Assembly (NCBI GenBank): GCA_027925225.1
Contig: AP027131.1
Location: 300,001-332,000, forward strand
From: Candidatus Saccharimonadota bacterium
GTDB taxonomy: Bacteria; Bacillota_I; Bacilli_A; Mycoplasmatales; Hepatoplasmataceae
Length of the DNA: 32,000 nucleotides
Reading direction: 5' to 3'
In this document: positions 20,764 through 31,745 of the stretch, piece after piece
Position numbering within the stretch: the first letter of the stretch is position 1
Layout of the letters: the number at the start of each line of letters is the position of its first letter
Notes under the pieces: generated by a model
The model's input: only the letters and a program-made list of their open reading frames with translations
What the model was told of the DNA's origin: nothing
Databases searched by the model: none
Program-made: the position numbers and the translations under genes

Positions 20764-23247
20764 TTACTTATTTAATAATTCATAATTTTGTTTAATATTT
20801 TCATAAAATGTTTTCATTTCTTTACTTCAAATTTTTAATTTTTCTTTATTTTTAGGTATTGGAATTAAAAAATCATAAAAATTTATAGAAATAGTAGGTA
20901 TTGTACCTTGAATAAAAATTGCACTTCTAACTTGTTCTTTAAATATCTTTGAAGTTGCAAATATTTTGCTTAATGAATAATTATCTAAATTTAAAACATT
21001 TCTTTTATTTACTTTTATTATATATAAATGAGATTGTATAACTGATTTAATGTCATTTTTATCTAAAATAGCAAATTGACCAACTCTACTTTTTCCATCT
21101 TTTACAAAAATAATATCTCCTTCTTCTAACTTTTGTTTATTTTTAAATTTTGATTCAAAATATTCTTTTGTAATATATCATTGTTTATTTAAATTTATTT
21201 TATAATCTTGAATATCAGAAGTTCTTATAAAAGGAATATAATCTTTTTCATTTAATTCTTCCTCAATATCATCCAAACTAAAATAACCACTACTTTCTGG
21301 CCCATTGCCAACAGGTATTAATTTTTTTTTGTTAGAATATAACACATCAATTTCAATTAATTCTTTAATTGTATAAAAATCATATATATTCTTAAATTCT
21401 TTTTTCATTTTATTTTGATAACTTCTATATTTTATATAAAAGTTTGTGTATAAAGAAAGATTATTTTCATTATATATGTCTAACATTTTAATTTTAAAAA
21501 TTTGTGAATTTTCTTTTTTATTTTTAAAGTCTTGGTATAAATTTTCAAAATCACTTTTTATTATTTTCTCTTTTTTTTCATTTTGTAATATATTTTGCAT
21601 CAAATCTTTTTCATATTTAATTTTCCCATTTTTATCATGACCCACCTCAAATACATTAAAAAGAAAAACATTTTTATTAGAAAACTTAGAAATTATTTCT
21701 TCTTTTGTTAAATTATTTTCAAATTTTCTTAAAATAAGAACTGATGTCTTAATACCTGTATGAGGTTTAAATGTTTCGGTTGGTAAGTTTATTATTTTTT
21801 CTACATAACATTTAGAAAGAATAAATTGTCTAAGTGAAAGTAATGTTGGATTTCCAAATATTCCTTCAGGTAAAATTATTGCTAATTGTCCACCTACTTT
21901 TAAAAAATTAATACATTGTTCAATAAAAAGGTATTCTGGATTAACTGCTTTTTCAATTTTGCCATTTTTCTTTGCTACTTCATAATTTTTCAAAATTTCA
22001 TAATCTTCTACTTGAATTTTTTTTCCAAAAGGAGGATTTGTAATAATTAAATCAAAATCTTTTTTAATAGTTTTTTTACTAACTTTTTCACTTGATAAAG
22101 AATCAACATCAAAAATATTAGTAACACCATCACCCATGATAGACATATATGCTTTTGATATTTTTGCAACTGTTTTATTTAAATCAAAACCATAAATATT
22201 TTTACTAGCTATTTTTTGTTTTAAATTTTCCTTTTCTTCTCTTGAAATTTTTTTTAATTCAATAATCTCTCAAATATTTTTTAAATACTCAACAATAAAA
22301 CCACCAGTACCACAAGCAGGATCTAATATTTTTTTGTTTTCATCAATATTTAAAAAATTAAGAATAAATTTTACTACATTTCTAGGGGTAAAAAATTGAC
22401 CATGATCTCCTTTAAGGGTTTTAGAAATAATAGTTTCAAATGCATCTGTAATAACATCACTGGAAGAAGTCATAAAACTAACTTTTTGAAGATTTTCAAT
22501 TATATAACTAATTATTTCTTCGCTAAATTCAATTGTTTCATCTTCTTCAAAATTATCAGCATAACTTTTTTTGACATTATTAAATATTTTAATTAATTGA
22601 TTCTTATTGGGTTCTGAATCATTTATATTACTTTCTTTTCAAACAAATTCTAAATTATCTTCATCTTCCTTATATCTTTCATCATAAATTTTGCAAAAAA
22701 GCACTCTAATTAAGTTATCTACAATCATTCCATCACTTTCCGCGGTGCTTGCTTTTATATAAGAATGAATTTCTTGAAAAGTTTTTTTTAAATTTTCAAA
22801 AGACTTTAAATCTTTTTTTTTAAAATTATCTATAACATTATTAAAATTAGGAATATTATTTATACTAATATAATTCAAAGAATCAGTTTTTTTATCTACA
22901 ACTTTTTTTAAAAATATTTTTTTCACCCCATTAAATAAAACACCATAATGAGCATCGCAAAGTCCCAAATATTTTTTTAATTGATTTATACCATCTTTTC
23001 TGTTATTTCTTTTACATTCAACAATAATATGTAAATTATTATTTTTATCAAAAACAGCAATATCAATCAGATATTTTTCTAAACTTCCAGGAGATTTTGG
23101 AATTCTATATTGTGGATGAGTAGTAATATTATTCTTGGGATATCCGTAAATTTTAAAAAGTTCTTCTGAAAAGGGTTGAATTGATTCTACTTCTTCGGGA
23201 GTGGCATTAATTTTCTTTGTTGTTATATAATCTGTTATTTGTTTCAT
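20764..23247 (-). CDS. Single-chain type IIG-like restriction-modification enzyme: N-terminal PD-(D/E)xK nuclease, gamma-class N6-adenine MTase and one HsdS-like target-recognition domain (827 aa)
   Basis: Fragments 22639-23247, 22270-22473 and 21178-22146 plus the tail to TAA 20764-20766 are in one frame, and I translated the gaps. Nuclease motif: LIDIAVFD...HIIVECK. MTase motifs: GQFFTPRNVV, DPACGTGGF (I), NPPFG (IV). The C-terminus (LEEGDIIFVKDGKSRVGQFAIL...IPIPKNKEKLKI) resembles an HsdS half-subunit. Confidence 0.8.
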
Positions 23248-23333
23248 TTTATTTTTTCCTTTATTATTTTTAATAATTAGTATTTTAAATAAATTATTTT
23301 TTTTCTATATTTATATTTAAACACAAAAAATTT

Positions 23334-23430
23334 AAATTTTTAATCCTATACTTTTAAATTTTTTAGATTTTTCTTTAATACTAAAAAATAATTTAAATAT
23401 TTTCATTTATAAAATAATATCATTTAAGAT
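23334..23430 (-). pseudogene. Relic of the first ~24 codons and 5' leader of the C5-methyltransferase gene
   Basis: 23334-23360 matches 16241-16265 (aaattttaatcctata.ttttaaat) and 23398-23430 matches 16304-16336 (attttcatttataaaataata.catttaa). The stretch between them has the same length and is collinear, but most G/C positions are replaced by A/T. Confidence 0.65.
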
Positions 23431-23508
23431 ATATATAAATATTAATTTAAAAACTAAAATTAAAATATTATTTTTTTTTAAAAAAGTACTTTTTTATAAC
23501 ATTTATTT

Positions 23509-23805
23509 ATGCAATATAAAAGACAGAAAATTATTATTTTTATATTATTGATATTTTTTTTAATATTTTTATCACTGTTTTTTTTGAGTGTAAATAAAGA
23601 TAAAAACAAAAATAAAAAAGAAAATTTTAAAAATAATACAGTATATTTTCATAATTTTGCATTACAAAATAAAGATAGTTTTTATAAAAGTGATACATTA
23701 TTCCTTCTTGATTATTATTGTGATGATTTAAAGTTTAATGAAATAACATGAAAAACTAATAATAAATATTTTAAAAATGTTTATTTAATGAAAAAGATTT
23801 TATAA
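23509..23805 (+). CDS. Hypothetical small protein (98 aa) with an N-terminal hydrophobic helix
   Basis: Track ORF 23509-23751 extends through TGA to TAA 23803-23805. The N-terminus MQYKRQKIIIFILLIFFLIFLSLFFLSV is TM- or signal-like. It has no recognisable homology and could be spurious. Confidence 0.3.
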
Positions 23806-23910
23806 TCTCAAACATGAATTCACTAATTATTAAAAAAAGCAAATAAAAAATTTAAACATTATGTTTTAATAAATATTTAATAATTAATATTATTAAAATT
23901 AATATATCTA

Positions 23911-25716
23911 ATGAAAAAAGAAAATATAAGAAATTTTTCAATTATTGCTCATATAGACCATGGGAAATCTACACTTTCAGATCGAATATTAGAATATACT
24001 GGTTCTATTTCAAAAAAAGAAATGAAGTCGCAAATCTTAGATAATATGGATCTTGAAAGAGAACTAGGAATTACTATAAAATTAAATGCTGTGCAAATTT
24101 CTTATAAATATAATAATGAAGAATATATTTTAAATTTAATTGATACTTCTGGACATTTTGATTTTACATATGAAGTATTTCGTTCATTGGCTGCAAGTGA
24201 TGGAGTATTGCTTTTAATTGATGCAACACAAGGTGTTCAACCAAAAACAATAGCAAATATGTATCTTGCACTTGAAAATAATCTTGTTATCTTACCTGTA
24301 ATTAATAAAATTGATTCTGAATTAGCAAATATTAAAAAATCAGAAAAAGAAATAAAAGAAATTTTAGGTCTTGAAATAAATGACATAGTCTATATTTCTG
24401 CTAAAACTGGGAAAAATATTGACCAAGTATTAAAGCTTATAATTGAAAAAATTCCTGCTCCTCAAGATGCAGATGACAAAAAACCTCTTAAAGCACTTGT
24501 ATTTGATTCTTATTTTGATTCTTTTAGAGGAATTATTGTATTTATAAGATTATTGCAAGGAAGAATAAAAAAAGGAGATAAATTAAAATTTTTACAAAAT
24601 AAGCATCAATTTGAAGTTATTTCAGTAGGTGTAAATACACCTTTTGAAAAAGAAAAAGATCATCTTGAAGCAGGAGAAACAGGCTGAATAGTAACTAATG
24701 AAAAAGATATTCATTCTTTTCATGTGGGAGATACCTTAACTTATGAAAATGAAAATAATATAACTCCTATACAAGGATATAAATCATCAAAACCTATGGT
24801 TTTTTCTGGTTTTTATCCAATAGATACAAATAAATATTTACTATTAGAAGAAGCATTGGGAAAAATTTCTCTTTCAGATTCTTCACTTACTTATGAAAAA
24901 GAAAGTTCTAAAGCATTAGGATTTGGCTTCAGAATTGGCTTTTTAGGATTATTGCATCTTGAAATTATTCAAGAAAGAATTGAAAGAGAATTTAAAATAG
25001 ATATTATTTCTACTGCTCCTTCTGTTATTTATAATGTTTATTTAAAAGATAAAAAAGAACCATTAATAATTAGAAATCCTTCAGATTTTCCTGATAAAGT
25101 AAATATAAATTATGTAAAAGAACCTTATGTTAAACTATCTCTTTTTTCCCCACAAGTTTATGTAGGGAAATTAATGGAATATATTCATAGAAAAAGAGGC
25201 AATTATATTGATTTAGAGATATTTTCTGAAAAAATGAATGCTTTAATTTATGAAATTCCACTTGCTGAAATTGTATTTGGTTTTTTTGATTCTATTAAAT
25301 CTATATCAAAAGGTTATGCTTCTTTTGATTATCAATAAATAGGATATAAAAAATCAAATTTAGCAAAACTTGAAGTTTTAATAGCAGGAGAAAAAATAGA
25401 TGCTCTTTCTTTAATTGTAGAAAAAGATAATGCTTATTATATTGGAAGAGATCTTACTCAAAAATTAAAAGAAACACTTGTAAGACAGAATTTTGAGGTT
25501 GCAATTCAAGCAAGTTTGAATGGAAAAATTATTGCAAGAGAAACATTAAAAGCATATAGAAAAGATGTAACTGGTTATCTTTATGGTGGAGATGTTTCAA
25601 GAAAGAAAAAACTTTTAGAAAAACAGAAAAAAGGGAAAAAGAAAATGAAGCAAATTGGTAAAATATCTATTCCTCAAGAAGCTTTTATTTCTATTTTAAA
25701 AAATAATAATAAATAA
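23911..25716 (+). pseudogene. lepA: lepA (EF4) copy 2, with an in-frame TAA at 25336-25338 and substitutions at invariant GTPase residues
   Basis: All 1806 nt are in one frame. GAA>TAA relative to copy 1 (FDYQ*IGYKK). Substitutions: RGITI>[13 protein letters not shown]>[12 protein letters not shown]>QPKT. The 3' two-thirds are almost identical to copy 1. Confidence 0.75.
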
Positions 25717-25749
25717 AAAAATACACATTTAAAAATGTGTATTTTTTAA
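25717..25749. terminator. Second copy of the bidirectional terminator (atacacattt aaaa atgtgtat + T-run)
   Basis: The same palindrome as at 19537-19560, located between lepA-2 and the convergent fibre gene. Confidence 0.75.
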
Positions 25750-25767
25750 AATATTATTATTTTATAT

Positions 25768-27813
25768 TTATGCTGTTCTTCTAAAAATTCTCATTCCTGT
25801 TCCAATTCCTAAACCATAAGCTTTATTTTTGCTTTCTGCTCCAGTTAATGAAGTTCACCCTGTTTGAGTTGAATCATTATTATCAAGAAGAACTTTAGAT
25901 CCTATTGATTTTGCATTTCCTGTTTGATCATATGTATTAAATCTATTAATACTATTACCTATACCAATTACTAAACCTGCAGTAAAACTTGTTACTCCTG
26001 CTGATCATTGGTGATTGTGAGAAATTATACTTCCGTTACTTGAACTACCGCCAATTATAGCTTGCCCATCTTCTAGTGTTCCTAGAACCGTTCAAACTCC
26101 ATAACTTGGTGGAAGTACAGAAATAATAATTGTTCCAATTGGTGATTTTAAATCTTCCATTTTATTTTCTAAATCTAATATTTTATTTTGATTATTAATA
26201 ATTTGATTTAATAATGAATTTATACCTAAATTTGGATTTGTATTACTGTCATCTGTTATCATTGAAGATAAAGAAATCCCTGCTTCAGATCACTTCGTAA
26301 TTTCTTCCCCGTTTAGAGTAATCTTTGGATAATTATATGCTCCCTGTTCTATTATTGAAATATCTGTTGTATTTTTATCAATTTCAAATAGCATAGGATT
26401 TATACCTAAACTTGGATTTATATTACTATCATTTGTTAATTCTGAAGATTTTGAAATTCCTTCATCTGGTCATTTTGTAATTTCTTCCCCATTTAAAGTA
26501 AGTTTTGAATAATTATATGTTCCACTTTCTATTTTATCTAAATCAACTTGATTCGCTTTTAATAAAATATTTGAAGCATTTTTATCAATTTGAGTTTTTC
26601 AAGGATTTATTCCAAATGTTGGGTTTGAAGTACTATCATCTTCTGTTGAAGAAGATACAGAATTTGTTAAAATTGTTCCATCTATTATTTTTGATATATC
26701 TTCTGTATTTTCATCAATTTGAGTTTTTCAAGGATTTATTCCTTGTGTTGGATTTGTGACACTATCATCTGTTAATTCTGAAGATTTTGAAATTCCTTCT
26801 TCAAATTCTGGTCATTGATTTATTGTTTTTCCATTTAAAGTAAGTTGAGGATAATTATATGCTCCCTGTTCTATTATTGAAATATCTGTTGTATTTTTAT
26901 CAATTTCAAATAGCATAGGATTTATACCTAAACTTGGATTTATATTACTATCATTTGTTAATTCTGAAGATACTGTAGCACCACTCTCAGGTCACTCTGT
27001 AATTGTTTCATCATTTAAAGTAATTTTTGAAAATTCATATTTCCCACTTCTCATTCCAAAAATATCATTTTTATTTGAATCAATTTGAGTTTTTCAAGGA
27101 TTTATTCCTTGTGTTGGATTTGTGACACTATCATCTGTTAATTCTGAAGATAGTGTAGCACCACCTTCGGGTCACTCTATAATTGTTTCATTATTTAAAG
27201 TAATTCTTGAAAAATTATATTCCCCACTTCCCATTCTAAAAATATTATCTTTATTTGAATCAATTTGAGTTTTTCAAGGATTAATTCCTACAATGGGTTT
27301 TTCAGTACTATCATCTTCTAATTCTGAAGTTTTTGAAATTCCTTCACTTGAAATATCAGATCATTTTGTAATTGTTTCTCCATTTAAATTAATTGCTAAA
27401 AAGTTAGTTTTTCCAGTTTGTAATGAAACAAAATCATTTCTAAGAATATCAATACTTCTTTTTCAAGGATTTATACCAGAATTTATATTAGTTTTACTAT
27501 CATCTGTTAACTCTGAAGTTAAAGAAACCCCTTCAGAAGGTCACTCTGTAATTGTTTCTCCATTTAGAATTAGTTTGGGAAAATTGGCATTTCCTTCTGC
27601 AACTGTTTCTAAACCATTAAAAATTTGATCAATTGCATATTTTCAAGAATTTATTCCCTCAAGTGGTTTTAAATTACTATCATTTTGAATTTCACTTGAT
27701 AGAATTTCCTCTGTAGCTTTTAAAGATTTTAATTCTCTTTTTAAATTATTTTTATTAAAAATATTGTTTGATTTTAATATAGGTTTATTATTTATTTTTT
27801 TATTATTTTCCAT
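25768..27813 (-). CDS. Fibre-family protein B (681 aa): short N-terminus, 8 GINPW repeats, coiled coil and a tail-collar-like C-terminal domain
   Basis: ATG 27813 is preceded by GAGGTGAAATAA. The 2046 nt are in frame to TAA 25768-25770. I verified the 5' 70 codons by coordinate and read the rest by eye. TGA occurs twice per repeat (INPW, E/K-W-P), which explains why no ORF appears in the track. The C-terminus is LKSPIGTIIISVLPPSYGVWTVLGTLEDGQAIIGGSSSNGSIISHNHQWSAG...AYGLGIGTGMRIFRRTA. Confidence 0.8.
26225..27690 (-). repeat. Coding tandem repeats of 129-190 bp (43-63 aa units, each ending ...SELTDDS....NP..GINPW)
   Basis: The tttttcaagga landmark (the INPWK codons on the opposite strand) recurs near 26598, 26727, 27090, 27271, 27460 and 27640. 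INPM variants lie near 26395 and 26917. An exact 121-bp duplicate sits at 26328-26448 and 26850-26970. Confidence 0.85.
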
Positions 27814-27950
27814 TTATTTCACCTCATTTAAATAATACATTTTAAATTTTTAAAAAAAAGAATTACAATTTTTTTAATAATTTTAAATTGTTTTTTATTT
27901 TATTAAAAATTTTTAATTTAATAACTATTTTAAAAAATATTAATTAAAAT

Positions 27951-29354
27951 CTATTTTTCTCTTCTAAAAATTCTCATTCCTGTTCCGATTCCTAAACCGT
28001 AAGCTTTATTTTTGTTTTCTGATCCAGTTAATGAAGTTCATCCTGTTTGAGTTTTATCATTATTATCAATAAGAACATTAGAACCTATAGATTTTGAATT
28101 TCCTGTTTGGTCATATGTATTAAATTTGTTAATACTATTACCAATTCCAATTACTAAACCTGCAGTAAAAGTTGTTACTCCTGCTGATCATTGATGATTG
28201 TGAGAAATTATACTTCCATCACTTGAATTACCACCAATTATAGTTTGCCCGTCTTCTAATGTCCCTAGAACCGATCAAACTCCATAATTTGGCGGAAGTA
28301 CAGAAATAATAATTGATCCAATTGGTGATTTTAAATCTTCCAGTTGATTTTTTAATTCTAAAATTTCATTTTTATTTGAATCAATTTGAGTTTTTCAAGG
28401 ATTTATTCCTTGTGTTGGATTTGTTACACTATTATCTGTTAACTCTGAAGTTAAAGAAACCCCTTCACTTGAAATATCAGATCATTTTGTAATTGTTTCT
28501 CCATTTAAATTAATTGCTAAAAAGTTAGTTTTTGCAGTTTGTAATGAAACAAAATCATTTCTGAGAATATCAATACTTCTTTTTCAAGGATTTATACCAG
28601 AATTTATATTAGTTTTACTATCATCTGTTAACTCTGATGTTAAAGAAACCCCTTCAGAAGGTCACTCTGTAATTGTTTCTCCATTTAAATTTATTCCTGT
28701 AAAAGGAATTTCGCCAAATGCCAACTCATTAACACTAGATATAATTAAATCAATATTACCTTTTCAAGGATTTATTCCATAATCTGGATTTTTACCACTA
28801 TCATCTGTTATTAATGAAGAATAGATATCTTCTTCAGCATTTATTGATGATTCTATTTTTTTATTTAAAACATTTTCTAAAGAAAATTTAATTTCATAAT
28901 TAATACTATTTAAAATTAATCTTCCTTTTTTTTCTTTTATAGAACAATCAAAATAAATAATATCTCCTTTTTTAACTTCTAAATCAGTTAAAAGTAAAAC
29001 ATTATTATTAATTCTTTTTTCTATAGGATATTCTATTGTTTTTTTTAATCTATTATTTAGATAAAGATTAAATTCTAAAGTTTTTTTAGATATGTCACTT
29101 AAAATAGATTTTACATAAAATTTAAATGTAAATTTACCACATTTAAGTGCATTAAATTTATTTGGATTAATTTGTTCTTTAACAAAATTTTCATTTAAAG
29201 AATTTATTTTAATTAAATTTGGTCTTATTTTTTCGCTATTTATAACTTCTAATGATGGAGAGTGATATTTTCCCATCATCAAATCTTTTTTATTACAAAT
29301 GTTGTTTGATTTTAATTTAGATTCATTCTTTGTTTGTTTAACAATTATTTTCAT
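27951..29354 (-). CDS. Fibre-family protein C (467 aa): ~170-aa N-terminal domain, 2 GINPW repeats, coiled coil and C-terminal domain
   Basis: Track ORF 28764-29354 is in frame (813 nt) with TAG 27951-27953 through TGA codons. The ATG is preceded by the same GAGGTGAAATAA as gene B. The C-terminus is SPIGSIIISVLPPNYGVWSVLGTLEDGQTIIGGNSSDGSIISHNHQWSAG...AYGLGIGTGMRIFRREK. Confidence 0.8.
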
Positions 29355-29586
29355 TTATTTCACCTCAAACAAATAGTAATGCTTAAATTAAATATATTTA
29401 CATAATTTTTAAAAAATATATTTATTTTATTTTTAAAAAATAAATATATAAAATATGCATCTTTTATTTGTTTTTTAATTATTTTTTTATATTTTTAAAT
29501 AAGTAAAAATTTAAAACCATTACTTATTTTTTAAGAATTTTATAATTTTCCTGAATTAGTAATAAATTTTTACTTTTAAATTAATT

Positions 29587-30606
29587 TTAATCTACTCTTT
29601 TAAAAACATGAATATCAGATCCAAGTCCAAAACCATAAGCATAATTATTTTCAGAACCAAATAAACTTGTATAAGATATTTGGTTTACTATTGTTCCTTC
29701 GTTTTTTCCTAATCAAAATTGATTTCCTTTTAAATCATAAGTATTAAAACCTGAAAAAGCAATATTATCTTGTTCATTTGAATTTCCGATTATTGCGTAT
29801 TGACTTATTCATTGATGATTGTGTTTAATAATTGATCCTTTTGATGTTTTTCCTCCTATAATAGTTTGCCCATCAGCTAAAACCCCTCAGTCTTCTCAGA
29901 TTCCATAATTGGGTTTTGTTTTTCCTAAAATAACAGAACCAATTGAAAATTCAGTTTCAGTTATTTTTGATTTAAGATTTAATATTTTCTTTTTTAAATC
30001 TAAAATTTGATTTTGATTATTCTCGACTCTACTTAATAAGTATTTTATTTCATTATTTTCTTTTATATTATCATTTCTTTTTTTTGAAGAAGTTTCAAAA
30101 ATATTTTTTTCAAAAAATTTAATTTCATAATTAATAATATTTCTTAAATTTAAACTTCCTTTTCCTTTTCTTAAAAAATATTCAAAGTAAATATTTTCTT
30201 CTTTTTTGATTTCTAAATTAGAAATAATAGTAATATCACCTTTAAAGTTTGCTTCTATTATTTTTTCTGTTGTTTCTGCTAATTTTCCATTAACATAAAT
30301 ATTAAAATCTAAGGTTTTTTTAAATTCATCATTTAAAACATTTTTTAAAGAAATTTTAAAAAATAATTTCCCAAATTCAAGAATTTCAAATTTATTTGGA
30401 TTAAGTTTTGTTTTAATGTATTTTTCATCAAAATTAATTATTTTAACTAATTTTGGTCTTATTTTTGTATTTTCTAGAAGTCCTAAAGGTAAAGAAATAT
30501 ATTTTCCTGTTATTAATTTTTCTTTATTGGATATACATTTTTCATTACATTTTTTTTTAGATTCTAAAATAGGTTTATCATTTATTTGTTTTTTAATAAT
30601 TTTCAT
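29587..30606 (-). CDS. Fibre-family protein D (339 aa): N-terminal domain, coiled coil and a divergent C-terminal domain, no repeats
   Basis: Track ORF 29896-30606 continues through TGA (I-W-EDW-GVLADGQTIIGGKTSKGSIIKHNHQW...) to TAA 29587-29589, in frame (309 nt). GAAAGGA lies upstream of the ATG. Confidence 0.8.
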
Positions 30607-30661
30607 GATTTTCCTTTCATCAATATTTATTTATTAAAGATAAATAACTTTTAATTATTTT

Positions 30662-31678
30662 TTAACTAATTCTTTTATAAACATATATGTTATATCCAAT
30701 TCCCAATCCATAACCGATGTTATATTCAGATCCAACTAAATTTGTATAAGCTAATTTATTTACTAAAGTACCATTGTTAGATCCTATTACAAATGATTTA
30801 CCATTTTGAAATGTATTAAAACTTGCAAGAGCAGTATTATCATTCTCTAGATTTTCAATAGTTGTATATTTATTAGATCATATGTGATTATGATTAATAA
30901 TATTTCCTCTGCTTGTTACTTTTTCTATTTCACAAATAATTCCTTTTCCTTCATATAATGCTCCCAAATCTTCTCAAACACCATAAGGGGGTTTATTTAA
31001 TCCGCTAATAATAATAGTGCCTATTGGCAATTCCAGATTATCTGCTTTTAATTGAAGTTTTGATAATCTTTTTTTTAAGTTTAAAATTTTGTTTTCATTA
31101 TCAATAATTTGATTTAATAAAATATTTTTTTTGTTATTTTTTATATCATAATTATCATTATTTTCATTTTTTAAAAAATCTTCAAAAAATTTGATTCTAT
31201 AATGAATAGAATTACTTAAATTTAAATTACCCTTTTTTTCTTTTAATGAATAATTAAAATAAATAAAATCTCCTTTTTTAACATTTAAATCAGCAGAAAG
31301 AATAATATTTTTATTAAAATTTTCTTTTATTGGATATTCTACTGTTTTTTCTAGTTTATTGTTTACATAAATATTAAATTCTAGGGTTTTTTTAATTTCA
31401 TCATTTAAAACAGATTTTAAATAAATTTTAAATAAAATTTTACCACATTTAATAATATTAAACTTATTTGGAGAGAGTTGCTCTTTAATATAATTTTCAT
31501 TAAAAGAAATTATTTTTAATAAATTTGGTCTTATTTTTATATTATTTGAAATTTTTAAAGATGAAGAAGTGTATTTGCCTATTATTATTTTTTTCTCATT
31601 GGATACAAATTTTTCATCACCCCTTTTTTTTGATTTTAAAATATATTCATTGTTTATTTTTTCTTTAACAATTTTCAT
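30662..31678 (-). CDS. Fibre-family protein E (338 aa): N-terminal domain, coiled coil and a divergent C-terminal domain, no repeats
   Basis: Track ORF 30974-31678 continues through TGA (LPIGTIIISGLNKPPYGVWEDLGALYEGKGII...GNIINHNHIW...) to TAA 30662-30664, in frame (312 nt). A strong GGAGG lies 5 nt upstream of the ATG. Confidence 0.8.
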
Positions 31679-31745
31679 AATTTCCTCCTAAATAAACATT
31701 AAAATCTAATATGTAAAATACAAAACACTTAACAATAAGAATTTT

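Noticed and set aside
13898-23430. Calling the R-M-containing region a mobile genetic element or genomic island with defined ends.
   Set aside because: No integrase, transposase, recombinase, tRNA attachment site or inverted terminal repeats are visible. The repeats present are explained by tandem duplication of chromosomal sequence, so a mobile-element call is not supported.
26225-27690. Regularly spaced direct repeats that could be mistaken for a CRISPR array.
   Set aside because: The units are 129-190 bp, contiguous and without unique spacers. They lie in frame inside a long ORF and encode a conserved peptide repeat. No cas genes are present.
27852-27859. A(8) homopolymer upstream of fibre gene B as a mycoplasma-style phase-variation switch in the promoter spacer.
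   Set aside because: I could not place it between a convincing -35 and -10 pair at sensible spacing. A/T runs of this length are common throughout this genome, so there is no specific support.
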